Positions 38,188 to 51,699 of a stretch of DNA of 64,000 nucleotides are shown piece by piece (position 1 is the stretch's first letter; every line of letters begins with the position of its first letter). A program made the position numbers and the translations under genes. Where the stretch lies: NCBI RefSeq assembly GCF_009914755.1, contig NC_060926.1. One strand, 5' to 3'. This stretch comes from the human T2T-CHM13v2.0 reference genome, Homo sapiens. The notes under the pieces are model-generated. The model was not told the DNA's origin and made no database searches. It saw only the letters and a list, made by a program, of their open reading frames with translations.

Positions 38188-39236
38188 TTACAATTTGGCA
38201 TGATTTTGCAGCTGCTGCTACCGGTTGTACCTTTCCATGTTTAGTGCTTCCTTCAGGAGCTCTTTTAGGGCAGGCCTGGTGGTGACAAAATCTCTCAGCA
38301 TTTGCTTGTCTGTAAAGTATTTTATTTCTCCTTCACTTATGAAGCTTAGTTTGGCTGGATATGAAATCTGGGTTGAAAATTCTTTTCTTTAAGAATGTTG
38401 AATATTGGCCCCCAGTATCTTCTGGCTTGTAGAGTTTCTGCTGAGAGATCTTCTGTTAGTCTGATGGGCTTCCCTTTGAGGGTAACCCGACCTTTCTCTC
38501 TGGCTGCCCTTAACATTTTTTCCTTCATTTCAACTTTGGTGAATCTGACAATTATGTGTCTTGGCATTGCTGTTCTCGAGGAGTATCTCTGTGGCGTTCT
38601 CTGTATTTCCTGAATCTGAATGTTGGCCTGTCTTGCTAGATTGGGGAAGTTCTCCTGGATAGTATCCTGCAGAGTGTTTTCCAACTTGGTTCCATTCTCC
38701 CCGTCGCTTTCAGGTACACCAATCAGACGTAGATTTGGTCTATTCACATAGTTTTTTTCACATGGAGGCTTCACAAAGCCTCCATATTTCTTGGAGGCTT
38801 TGTTGGTTTCTTTTTATACTTTTTTCTCTAAACTTCCCTTCTCGCTTCATTTCATTTCATTAATTTCATCTTCCATCACTGAAAACCTTTCTTCCAGTTG
38901 ATCGCATGGGCTCCTGAGGCTTCAGCATTCTTCATGTAGTTCTCGAGCCTTGGCCTTCAGCTCCATCAGCTCCTTTAAGCACTTCTTTGTATTGGTTATT
39001 CTAGTTACACATTCGTCTAAATTTTTTTCAAAATTTTTAACTTCTTTGCCTTTGGTTTGAATTTCCTCCCGTAGCTCAGATTAGTTTGATCGTCTGGAAC
39101 CTTCTTTTCTCAACTCGTCAAAGTCATTCTCCATCTAGCTTTGTTCCCTTGCTGGTGAGGAACTGCATTCCTTTGGAGGAGGAGAGGCGCTCTGCTTTTT
39201 AGAGTTTCCAGTTTTTCTGCTCTGTTTTTTCCCCAT
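38188..39236 (-). pseudogene. L1 ORF1, frameshifted
   Basis: 1049 nt versus 1017 in L1 #1, explained by +28 (38753-38781), +5 (~38850) and -1 (~38366). Confidence 0.92.
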
Positions 39237-39822
39237 CTTTGTGGTTTTATCTACTTTTGGTCTTTGATGATGGTGATGTACAGATGGGTTTTTGATGTGG
39301 ATGTCCTTTCTGTTTGTTAGTTTTCCTTCTAACAGACAGGACCCTTAGCTGCAGGTCTGTTGGAGTTTTCTAGAGGTCCACTCCAGACCCTGTTTGCCTG
39401 GGTGTCAGCAACGGTGTCTGCAGAACAGAGGATTTTCGTGTACTGCGAATGCTGCTGTCTGATCATTCCTCTGGAATTTTTGTCTCAGAGGTGTACCCGG
39501 CCATGTGAGGTGTCAGTCTGCCCCTACTGGGGGGTGCCTCCCAGTTAGGCTGCTCGGGGGTCAGAGTTCAGGGACCCACTTGAGGAGGCAGTCTGCCCGT
39601 TCTCAGATCTCCAGCTGCGTGCTGGGAGAACCACTGCTCTCTTCAAAGCTGTCAGACAGGGACATTTAAGACTGCAGAGGTTACTGCTGTCTTTTTGTTT
39701 GTCTGTGCCCTGCCCCCAGAGGTGGAGCCTACAGAGGCAGGCAGGCCTCCTTGAGCTGTGGTGGTGGGCTCCATCCCGTTGGAGCTTCCCAGCTGCTTTG
39801 TTTTCCTAAGCAAGCCTGGGCA

Positions 39823-40299
39823 ATGGCGAGCTCCCCTCCCCCAGCCTCGCTGCTGCCTTGCAGTTTGATCTCAGACTGCTGTGCTAGCAATCAGCGGGAC
39901 TCCGTGGGCGTAGGACCCTCTGAGCCATGTGCGGGATATAATCTCCTGGTTCGCTGTTTTTTAAGCCCATCGGAAAAGCGCAGTATTAGGGTGGGAGTGA
40001 CCCGATTTTCCAGGTGCCGTCTGTCACCCCTTTCGTTGACTCAGAAAGGGAACTCCCTGACCCCTTGCGCTTCCCAGGTGAGGCAATGCCTCGCCCTGCT
40101 TTGGCTCACGCAGGGCGCACTGCACTCACTGTCCTGCGCCCACTGTCTGGCACTCCCTAGTGAGATGAACCCGGTACCTCAGATGGAAATGCAGAAATCA
40201 CCCGTCTTCTGCGTCGCTCAGGCTGGGAGCTGTAGAACGGAGCTGTTCCTATTTGGCCATCTTGGCTGTCTCCTCAGGTATATTTTCTCAAAAAGGTAA
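39823..40299 (+). other. Antisense L1 ORF0-like frame, 158 aa, extending into the flank; translation not shown
   Basis: MASSPPPASLLPCSLISDCCASNQRDSVGVGPSE... with start context gcaATGG. Confidence 0.7.
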
Positions 40300-41904
40300 A
40301 TTATGATTCTACTAAGGGAAACAATAAATACATTAAAATATTTCATTTAATGTATTAATGAGGAAGCTAGAAGATGGCATGGCTGGTTAAAAAATTTTTA
40401 AGTAGCATTTATAGTCAATTTGACAAAGAAGTGTTAGAATAAAATTATTGAGTTAGATAGAAAACTCTTTAGTACCCAACATGCCATAAATTACCTGTTG
40501 GGGTTACCTGTTTCACCTGACAGAAATTACTCGCACTTCTATCAGACCAAATCTGCCAGTTAGTAGCTAACTTCATACTAAATCTGAAATCCTTTTCTCT
40601 AGAATAAATCAGATGAACTAAGTATATTTCCCCAGTGAATCCTTGGTTGCCTTTTCTCCCATATAATTTGGAAAGAATGTGTTACCCATCTTTTCTGCCT
40701 TATTTTTGGATGCATTGAAAGAATATTGAGGATGTCTCTGTATCAATTTTTCATGAAATGTCTCACTGAATTCCAAACTTTTGGAAATAAAGAGAAAAAG
40801 ATGCAAGATTCAGGTCCAAGATACAGAATAAAAAAATTGATTATAATTTCAATTTTTTTCTATTATTTCCTCTATTTCCCCCCATTACACTTGTAGGTAT
40901 TTATTTTCTTCAGGTTCTCATCATAATTTCTCTTACTTTAATCCAGTCTTGGGTTTAATTTATTTAATATTAATAGTTTATTCAGACAGGAGACTCAAAA
41001 CATGATGGTGGAACTGTGCGTGACTATTGATGAACTTGGATAAGATACTACACTGAAATATTTGAAGCAGGTGTGAATATGTGTGTGTCTCTGTTTGTTG
41101 TGTATCTGAATTACTTAACCACTGGAAGGGATTAGCAGATAAGGTTCAAAATGTTGTATATAATGCTTACCACATATTTTTTCTTGGTTAGAGAATTTTA
41201 CATCATATTAGAAGCTGATGACAAATGGATCTGAGGCTGCCTAGGATTCATTGCATAGCCAGATCTTGGCCATTTTATATTTGCAAGAATGATCTAAAGC
41301 CCACAAGTAACTAATTCCTCTGCAGTACCATGTCTATAAATGTACATGCTGTAAATTGAATATATGGTTAAATGTGATTTTCGGGGCCAAAAGCAATAAA
41401 TCTGTCATAACACTTCTTTTTGAGACTCATGATGCCACACTGATGAATCTGTGATAAACAAGACTTGGAAGTATAAAACCATACTGGGTTTCAGTGGGCA
41501 GTTACATACGTTGAACATAAGGTAGCTTTGAGCTGTACTCCAAGTAGAAAGGCAGGCACATTATTTGCTCTGAGAGCGCTACACAAATGTAGAGCTTCTT
41601 CTTCATATTCATGACTTTCTTGATCTTTCATTCGGGGGAGTTACTGTATGCTTAGGTTTTAGCTCTGGCAAGACAAGCAACAATGCCTGAGATGGTGACT
41701 GCCCCATCATTTTAAGCCCCTTAATACTGACTAGCAGAGCACCCTACCAGCGCACAGTGAACATGTAGCATGAACGAGATATTAACCTGTTATTTTAAAC
41801 CACTGAGATTTGAGAATTATTGGATTCTGTATCATACCTAGCCTCTTCTAAACTGATAGTTTTATCATTAACATGAGAGTGAATAGATAAACAAGTAGAT
41901 AAAA

Positions 41905-41935
<31 letters not shown>

Positions 41936-41956
41936 CAAGTAAACAGTAGCCTCCAA

Positions 41957-42145
41957 CAGTGGTTCTCATGCCTGAATGTGCGTCAAAATCACCTGGAGGG
42001 TTGGTCAAAACATAGCTTGCTGGCTTTCACTCCCAGAATTTCTGATTCAGCAGGTTCAGGGTGATGCCCAAAAATCTGCATTTCTAACACACTTCCAGGC
42101 AGTGTGACCGCTGCTGAGATGGAAACCACACTTTGAAGATCATTG
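41957..42145. mobile_element. MER5A (hAT-Charlie)
   Basis: cagtggttctca...aatcacctggaggg...tctgattcag...ctgcatttctaac...ccacactttga. Confidence 0.85.
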
Positions 42146-42220
42146 GTCTAAATTACCTTTCAAAAGAATATTAATGATAGTGAGAATGTGTATATTTTAT
42201 CATGAAAAAAAACTACAGTG

Positions 42221-42361
42221 ATTCGAGTAAGCTGTTCCTCTGGTACCATTGATGATATAATTTAATGGAATTAGTCAATTTCATTAAATTGTCAATCAGT
42301 CAATTGACTAAATTCATTACACTATATTACTGATGGTACCGGAGAACCAGCCTACTTGAAT
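42221..42361. repeat. Imperfect inverted repeat, 60-bp arms with a 21-nt spacer
   Basis: 42221-42280 matches the reverse complement of 42302-42361 at 47/60 positions, ungapped (hand alignment). Confidence 0.9.
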
Positions 42362-43559
42362 AATTCAGTTTCCCCTCTCCCCTACAACTCTCTCATCCCC
42401 AACTTCAGGCCAAACTTGTGGAGGGGAAGCTAGGGTAGGAGTATGTCATCTTCCCATCAGCAACCTGCTTTCTTTGCCATCTTCTCGCAAGTTAGACAGG
42501 GTGGAAGTGGGATGCTTCTTCTTGTGACTGCTGGAGTTTCAAAGGGCCCCTTCTCATTTGCTTATGACTTGTTATGTGAGTATTTGCATATCTATGTTGA
42601 CAAGCTTCCTGAGCAAGATGGTTATTTATAAAGAATTACGTTTTGAGTGTTGGTGGAAGTCCCCTCACTGGTGATTATTGATGGGGAATTTAATTCTAAG
42701 CCACACAGCTGGCATTTGTGGCCCCTTGCAGGACTCAGGGCACCGTCAGGACCAATTCGCAGCTCTTCATTCATGCTTCTTTTTGTGCCACTCTGTATCT
42801 GGCCCCACTATACCTGCAGGAACAGTTTTCATAGGCTCTGTGCTTTCTCATCTGATACCAGGTTATTTATTCTCTTTGATTCTTTCTTAGGTTCCAAGTG
42901 AAGATATGATCCTCATCTTCCCCTTAAGTAACAGTAGTACTTACATTTTGGAAAGAATCTTACAAAATAACTTTGGAAAACATAGCAGTTTTGTCCTTAT
43001 GAGGGTGTGGCTCCTGGGAGCCAGTCCATGGAGCTTCAAGCCTTCTGAAATACTCAGAAAAGAACGGTGCACTAACTGCTAAGTTTAAATTTAGCGAACG
43101 TTCAGTGGACATCTATCAGCATAGAGGTTCATCGCTCTGGCCTGGGACAGTGAGGGTTGGAGGATAAAAAAGTAACGCTCAATACAAAACTTCTATGCCC
43201 GCAAGATGTTCTTCCTGGTTCTGTCCCCTTCTCTCAAAGTATTTCTTTTGACTTTTCCCAAGGTCCCTTCTTTTGTGTCTGCCGTGTATTGAGAGTCACT
43301 TGGCAGGAACCAGACATACTTTGAACATGGCCCTGGATAATTTGATAATTCTATTTCGAATGGGCTGATTTTCTCCAGGATGATTCCTATCATATTTTGT
43401 AAACTCCCAGTAAAAGAATGGATCTTAGTATTTCACACTATGATGTTACATAATTGTTCATTGCATAGTAAATATGGTATTTTTAATCAGTGAGAAAAAG
43501 TTATTTCATAGCTGGTCCTGAGATGATTAATTAACACTTTGAAGAAAAAATATATATTG

Positions 43560-43760
43560 AGCTAACATTTATTGAGTGTTTACTAGGCTTGTGTTAAACC
43601 CAATACTTTCAATATCTCATTTATGTCTCACAGTAATCTGAAGAGGTAAGTCATATAATCATCTCCACTTTGCAGATGAGAAATCCAAGATTTGTAGAGG
43701 TTAAGAACATCATCAAATTCCTGAGTTCTGTCTGACTGCTGATCCAGAGTTCTTAACCAG
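43560..43760 (-). mobile_element. MIR
   Basis: aacatttattgagtg...ccactttgcagatgagaaa...agaggttaag core. Confidence 0.75.
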
Positions 43761-44538
43761 GTGGTTATCAACCCAAATGAATTCTAGATACATTTTTAGG
43801 CATCAACGAATGAAACACTAATAAACAGATGCATTTATGTGAATGTGATTAAAGTACTTAGATATACATAAAAATAAATCAGATTGATGCATAAGAATTA
43901 AATATTAACAAAAATGAAAATATCCCCGTATTTCTGTTTTGGGCTAAATCCAATTCCTTCTGAATACAGATTGAAAAACAAACAAACAAAAAATACTATA
44001 CAAATATACACGCACAAAATAACTTAGCACTCTTTTGATTCCAGCTTTGTTGTGAGCAACTGTGGGGCTTACGAAAACCTCAACATGGAGTCTTTGAAAT
44101 AGTACCTATTAGGGCAGTGAAGTAAGGAATCTCCCTGTGATGGCTTGGAGAACCAATAGAGTCAGAAGACTATTTTTGACATGGAAAAATAAAATATTCT
44201 AATAATATATGAGAAGCAAGCCAAAGTCAGTATGTAAGCAATTATAAAAATTCTAAAAACTTTTTGTGTATTTTTAATACCATATATCCAAGTCTTGAAA
44301 GTATTTACTAGATGTTTTTTTGTTTTGTTTTTTTTTCCTGGACTGTTGTGATTATAAAGTATTTTTTTATATTACCCTATTTTTTACACATGTTCTACAT
44401 TTCATTAATAGTAATCTCATGATAAGGGAGAAAAGTACTTCTAAAAAAATTTCTACTATATTTGCTCCCCAATATCTTATGTAACTGTTTCTGAGGGATC
44501 TTGAAAGTTAATGTGGATAAGACTGGCAATTATAGCAC

Positions 44539-45317
44539 TGTAGGAGAAAAAATATGAGAAATACGGGCCATCCACTGCTTACTTGCTATGCCACTGTTTT
44601 TCTAACACCAGATCTCTGGGTGTCCTATAGTTCAGTCAAATTCTGGCACTAGCTACCTGGAGTTAGTGCAGACCATACAGGTTAAAGGTTTAGTTCCACA
44701 GGACTGCCCCTGCTTCAGATGCCAGATTTAAGTAGGGAACTCAGGCAGCCCACACTTCTGTCTGACTTGGCTTCAAATTTTGGAGTTTCCACACCTCTAT
44801 TCAGGTTCAATAATTCACTAGAACCATTCATATAAGTCAGGAAAGCACTATGCTTATGATTACATTTTTATTATCAAGAACACAATGCAGGGAAAGCCAG
44901 ATGAAAGAGGGGCATAGGTCAAGGTATTGGGGAAAGGGGGTTGGCACACAGAGCTTCCATGCCCTCTCTGGGTGCAGCACCCTTTCAACTTGCTGGTAAG
45001 TTGATGTGTTCCCCAACTGGGAAGCTTCTCAGATCTCATTCAAGAGTTTTGTTGAGCAACAATAACCATTGTTTATTGGTGATTAAAGTCAACTTCCAGG
45101 CTGTCTCCCCTCCTCAGAGATCAACAGGGGAGTGGGGCTGAAAGTGGTGTTATTTTCTGGCAACCAGCCTCTATCCTGAAGCTGTCTAGGGGCCTTGCCA
45201 AGAGTTGCCTCATTCACATAACAAAATCACTCAGAAAAATCCAAACTTTTCTGAAGTTATGTGCTAGAAATCAAGGCAAAGACCAAATACACAGTTCATT
45301 TTTTTTATTATACCACA
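44539..45317 (-). mobile_element. MER21-family LTR
   Basis: ctacctggagttagtgcagacc...caggactgcccctgcttcagatgcca; ends ttattataccaca. Confidence 0.7.
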
Positions 45318-47322
45318 TCCACAGTTAAAATCTGTTCAGTATTTGGTGAAAGATAAATTTCTAGTCATTTCTAGAGAGAAAACAAGAAAGATCTTAGTAA
45401 GTGAAAAAAGGAATTTCAAAACATTTTCTGTTACTTGGAAGTCAATCAATAAAATGTATTTCAATCTCAAATGTAAACATTTGTAAAGCTGTCCTTCCTA
45501 AATGCTAATCTACCAGTCAATCACCATGAAATCTTCAGCACAGCAAGCACAATTTGTCATGGATACCATGGAAAATCATATTTCTCTTATTAAGACATGT
45601 ACCATTTCACCAACTAACTAACAGTTGCTAGATCATTGTGGGTTACTACAATCATTGAATTCCGTCTTTTTTGTCTCTGTGAACCAAAAATGTCCAGTGA
45701 AACAATCTGGTCCTCACTGTGGCCAGGAGTTTCTATAATAATTTCTGTGTCTTCATCATTTTGGCCTGTCTTCGCCTAGAAAAATTCTTTAAACTCATTC
45801 AATGAGTTGATGCTTAAATACTTAGATATTGTTTGCATAATTATAAGAGGGAGTAGTTGAGTAGTTGAAATGCTGCCATCACTGGCTGTGTTAGTCTAGT
45901 ACACTCTAAGATTTTATATAATATTTTTGGGATCACAACCTAATTGTGATCAACATGGATATGGGCATGTGGTATATACATTTTGGGAGTTCCCTATAGG
46001 CTTGCAGAACTATATAAAATTGTGGGGAGTTACTTGCCATATATTTTAGAAGGCAAATGTTAGGGACACTTTACTATGCAACAAGCTTTATGCATAAAAC
46101 TCTTCAATGCTTTACAATTTAGGTGGAGAACCAAGACTTGCAAATAAATAATGCTAAATAATAATATAGAATCAATAAAAATGTAAGACAATAATAAAAG
46201 ATATTGATGAGTTGTTATCTGATTAACTTCCAGATCAAAACAAATAAATCACAGGAGTTTAGAAAAAGAAAATTACATTCAGTGTGACTCTGTTTTCATA
46301 CTCAGAATCTCAGTTTAAATAAAGGAACAGAAAAGACTATTGCTGATTTGTGATTCAATCTAAAAAGTTGTGGGAAAAGTCATGTCTCTAGGAAATATTT
46401 CCAGATTTGCAATATCCAAATGTATCTGTCTCATCACCACCACCACAATTTCTTGCAAAAGATATTTACAAACCATTCATAATTCTAGCTTCAAAGGGTG
46501 ACTATTTGCTACTAAATTAAAGCCAATTTTAGCATTTGCCATGTATAACTCAGAGCGTTAGATTTCATTATTTGCTTTTTGACACCTTGAAGAAATCAAA
46601 TTAATATTTGGGTTCATGTTTCAAAATTTTTGATGTGTTTTTACTGTTCTCTGTTAAAACAAAAAAAGATGGAAATTTAAGCGTTATAAAAGCCTGACAA
46701 TATATTTTCACAAAGAAAATATACTTGAAAAGGAAAATTACTTTATCTATGCAGTAGCTAGACAACATTTTCCATATTTCTACACAGAGTAGGATAAAAT
46801 TACATTTAGCCAGCAAGAGTTGGATCCTTGGGGATCCAACAGCACTAATTGTAAAGAAGTAATGATTTCAAATAGCTAGTTCATTAGCTTACATGTAGGC
46901 AATTTACCTTGCTCTTTGAAATAAGAAATAGGACCTTGAGAACAGACATATACAAATTAAAGACATACTCCAGGCAAAGTAATTTATCTTACTTTTGATG
47001 ATACATTATTAAACAACTTCTGTGATTGCTCTGGGGATAATTTCTAGTGCCAAGCAAGGGTACCTCTGTCCTGCCCTTTTTGATATACTCATTTTAAGAA
47101 GATAGATTCCAAAAGGCTAAGATATTCTTTGAAAAGGTAACATTGAAAATGGAGAAATACGACAAAGGGCTTGAAAAGAACCGGGCAATAAAATTCTGAA
47201 AAATAAACGTGACATTGGGATGAGTAAGAACAATCAAGAGATTTTGAGGGTAGCAAATTAAAAAAAGAATTGTTATAAAAAAAAAACAAAAGAGTAATTA
47301 AAAATACCGTATCAGTGGATGT

Positions 47323-47799
47323 TGCAAAAGATTTTCTGCGTGACCACACTTTAGTTAAGCTCTAAACTTTATCCTAGGCCCATATGTATACTTCCTTGTA
47401 AAATCCAGCAATAGCAAGGAACCCTGCTAAGTCAGTTTAGCAAGAACCTCCTATTCTCAATATCTGATCCCCCAGTATCTCAGAGAGCTGATCAGGTTTC
47501 TCATCCTCCACCATCCCCCAGGTGTTGTCTAATCACCCTGGCCTGTCTTCAACAAGAATCTTGGTAGGTTGGTTTACCCAGAATCTCCTTTACCTCTGAT
47601 GTTTCCTCTAGTAATTTTCCATCCACTGGCCCCAGACCTGCTCTTTGGCTACAAATTTCCACTTGATTATGCTGTACTCAGAGTTCAGCCCAATCTATTT
47701 CCCCCACTGCAACATCCCATTGTCTTGGTCCCTATGCCTATCTTGATGGTTATGAATAAAAGTCTTCTTTGTTATGCTTACTTGAATAATTTTTTCACA
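47323..47799 (+). mobile_element. MER31-family ERV1 LTR
   Basis: cttccttgtaaaatccag...aaccctgctaagtcagtttagc, with AATAAA at ~47755 near the CA end. Confidence 0.7.
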
Positions 47800-48441
47800 A
47801 TGCAAATATGTAAGATGTTTCTCACTGGATACTAAAGTAACTGGTTAACAACATTTCAGGGTCACAGAGACATCCTTGTATTTACTTCATAAGTTAATTG
47901 TTTTGGGTGGATATTTTGGTATTGGTATTAGTCGTAGTAAGCTATGCTTTGTAGCAGTAACAAAATCCCTGAAATCTGTTTTTGCACAATACTCTAATTT
48001 CCAGGATTGTTGAATGTATTTAGGTGGCTGTATCTGGAACCTTTTACTTAACAATAACTCAGGGAGCCAGGATCTTTTCACCAGCTACATGGACAAGAAA
48101 AAAAGAGAATGGAGAATTCCCACCTACCTATTCTTAACTGCCACAGGTTGCAAACAACAAATCACTTCCACTAATTTTTATACTCCCCAGAACCCAATCA
48201 CGTGGCTCAAATCTAACCATCAGGGATACTGAGAATGGTAGTTTTCCTGTGTTCTACGGGGAAAGAAAATGATCTGGTGAAGGCATGGCATAGTCTCTAC
48301 CACTTACTCTTGGGCACATATGAACAGTAAAATGAGTTATCAAAGGCTTTTAAAATATCTGTATTTGAAAAGGAAAACTATGTCATCCAAGCAGCAGCTA
48401 GTCAACACTTCCCAAATTTCTCTATAGAGAATAAGATAAAG

Positions 48442-48442
<1 letters not shown>

Positions 48443-48471
<29 letters not shown>
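48443..48471. repeat. (TG)14 microsatellite
   Basis: Read directly from the sequence. Confidence 0.97.
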
Positions 48472-48474
<3 letters not shown>

Positions 48475-49507
48475 TATAAATTTAGTTGATAAAGCTTTAC
48501 AAATTTGTAAAAGAAGTCTTCCATGGGCCATGCATATGTTCATTCATTTGTTCTACTTATTAGGAGAAAGAAGACCTGAATTATAAGTTGTGACATGTGA
48601 GAATAAAGGGGGAAGCAGATGAAAATCATTCTTCTGGAAGGAGAAAAATATTGATTGTGTAATAGACCATTAAAAAATGGCCATTATCAAGTGTTCTTGG
48701 CATAGAATTGATATTAAATATTTGTCGGATAATTTTTGGGCCCAAAGAGGGGACCAGAATTCTTAGAACCTGCAAGCAGTGTTTATTCTGTGTGGGTATT
48801 TTTGTTTGTTTGTTTGTTTTTTGGTTTGGATGTTGAGTTTAATGATGCCTCATATGCACCAAGAGGATATAAAAAGGTTTCTTATTAACATGAAGAATCT
48901 TTCTGTGGAGAATAGGGCAGGCTCCCAAGCTGGTCTAAAAATGGTCTTGAGAGCGAGGAAAAAGGCCTGGGATTTATGGTGCTTACAAGCTGGGGCTGGA
49001 GTGTAGGTTCCTATGTATAGCCTGAGGCTTGCATGGTTTGAACTTCCCACTGACACCAAAAAAGAGAGCACTTAGGCTTTCCTATCAACTTACCTAGACA
49101 CTGGGCAGAAGGGGAGTGGTGAAGAGTGCAGCATGAAAGTTGTCAGATGCCAAACATCAAAATGGAGTCAGAGTTTATGACAGTTTTTCTCAATCTGATC
49201 CAGTTTATTTCAGTCTCATTATATAAACAACACAGTTAATCTTATTTTTCAAAGAAATTTATGTGTGTATGGGAGGATTGTGAATATTAATAAGAAATTG
49301 GACAAATTAACTTTCAAGATCTAAGAAGATTCTTTACACAAGCTTTGAGATTTGTTACACACATAGATGTTTAATATCAAAAAAGTAAAAATCATGCACT
49401 ACTCAAATAATCATTCTCTTACTGTCAGGCAAAGTCCTTGACGGTCCTTGGTGTAAGAAATCTCCATGGAATAAAAGTTGGAATGTATGTTGAAGTTAAA
49501 AAACTAA

Positions 49508-49862
<355 letters not shown>

Positions 49863-49914
49863 CTGACAGTAATTTTAAACACGAAAATTATAACATGGAT
49901 TTGTTTTATTCATT

Positions 49915-50224
<310 letters not shown>

Positions 50225-50803
50225 TCATTTTCTATTTAAAAAATTTCATTATAAGAACACAATATGAGACTATAAGTAGACGCTCTTAGATTTCTAAGTG
50301 TACAATACAGTATTGTTATATATAGGCGCAATATAGCAAACTTCTAAAAATTTTTCATCTTGCATAGGTGAAATTTTATACCTGCTGATTAACAATTCTC
50401 CATTCTCCCTTCCCTCAGCCCCTGGAAATCACAATTTTATTCTTTTTATTACATACCTAATGTATGTCGGGCTCCAGAGTCTCGGCAAGTTGGAAAGCCC
50501 TTAAGTAGTTGATAGGCAATTTAAAACAAGAACAGCATAAGCTCTCCAGTCATTCAGTGTTTAATTTAGGGACTGGAAAATTTCGAAAATAATATGTATT
50601 TCATTTTACCTCTCCTGTCTGCCATACCTGCATAACAAATTAGAAATTGGCAGACAGTTGATAAGGAGAAAATGAACTCCAGGATGTGCTTCTCATCTCA
50701 GGTACGAAAAGTCATCACAGTTTGGGGCTCAGGGGATATGTGTTATCTCCCACAGAATGGAAAAAACATTCAGAATCATAAGATCTTATAGTTGCAATGA
50801 ATC

Positions 50804-50972
50804 AGCTAGGCACGGTGGTATGCACCTGTGGTCCCAGCTACTGGGGAGGCTGAGGCAGGAAATCGCTTGAGCTCAGGAGTTCAAGGCTGTAGTAGCTATA
50901 GTCAGGCCTGCAAATATCACTTTACTCCAGCCTGGGCCACATAGTGAGACTCTATCTCAAAAAAGGAAAAAA
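50804..50972 (+). mobile_element. Fossil Alu monomer (FAM-like)
   Basis: Single monomer that keeps the 7SL-type segment gcctgcaaatatcac (compare gcctgtgaatagccac). Confidence 0.75.
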
Positions 50973-51218
50973 GGAATCAAAATGTCACTTTGTTCAAAAT
51001 TCTAACTAATGCAGACCACTTTGTACACTATCCCTGCAGGTGGTCATCAGATATCCAACATTAATATTTCCAGTAACAAGTTTTCACTACTTGCAAGACA
51101 GTCATTTTGTTACTTGTCAAAGTAGAAAAATTTTCTCTTTCCTTAGCTTCAATGGAATCTCATTCTTATTATCAAGCTATTTCTCTGGGTAATCTTTCTG
51201 ATTCTTCTTTGATGGTAG

Positions 51219-51638
51219 TGCAAACCCAGAAAATTAGAAACAGTTCTCACTTAATTTAGAAAGTTTATTTTGCCAAGGTTAACACAGCCTCAGAAAGTAC
51301 TGGCGACATGTGCCCAAGGTGTTCGGGACACAGCTTGGTTTTATACATTTTAGAGAGACATAAGACATTAATCAATATATGTAACAAGTACATTGGTTCT
51401 TTCCAGAAAGGTGGGGACAACTTAAAGCAGGGAGGGGGCTTCCAGGTCACGGGTAGGTAAGAGACAAATGGTTGCATTCTTTTGAGATTCTTTTGATATT
51501 CTGAATCAGAATATGCATCTAAGGGAGCAGAAGGATGACTTTGAATAGAATAGAAGGCAGGTTTGCTCTGAGCAGTTTTCAGCTTGAATTTTCCTTTTAG
51601 TTTAGTGATTCTGAGGGCCCAAGATTTTTCCTTTCACA
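51219..51638 (-). mobile_element. MER4A-family ERV1 LTR
   Basis: ttaatttagaaagtttattttgccaaggtt...gacatgtgcccaagg...ttcctttcaca, with 4-bp TSD gtag/gtac. Confidence 0.85.
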
Positions 51639-51699
51639 GTACTTTTACAGTTATCCAGGGTTATGATATGGTCCTCCTTCCCTTCTGAATCTACACACC

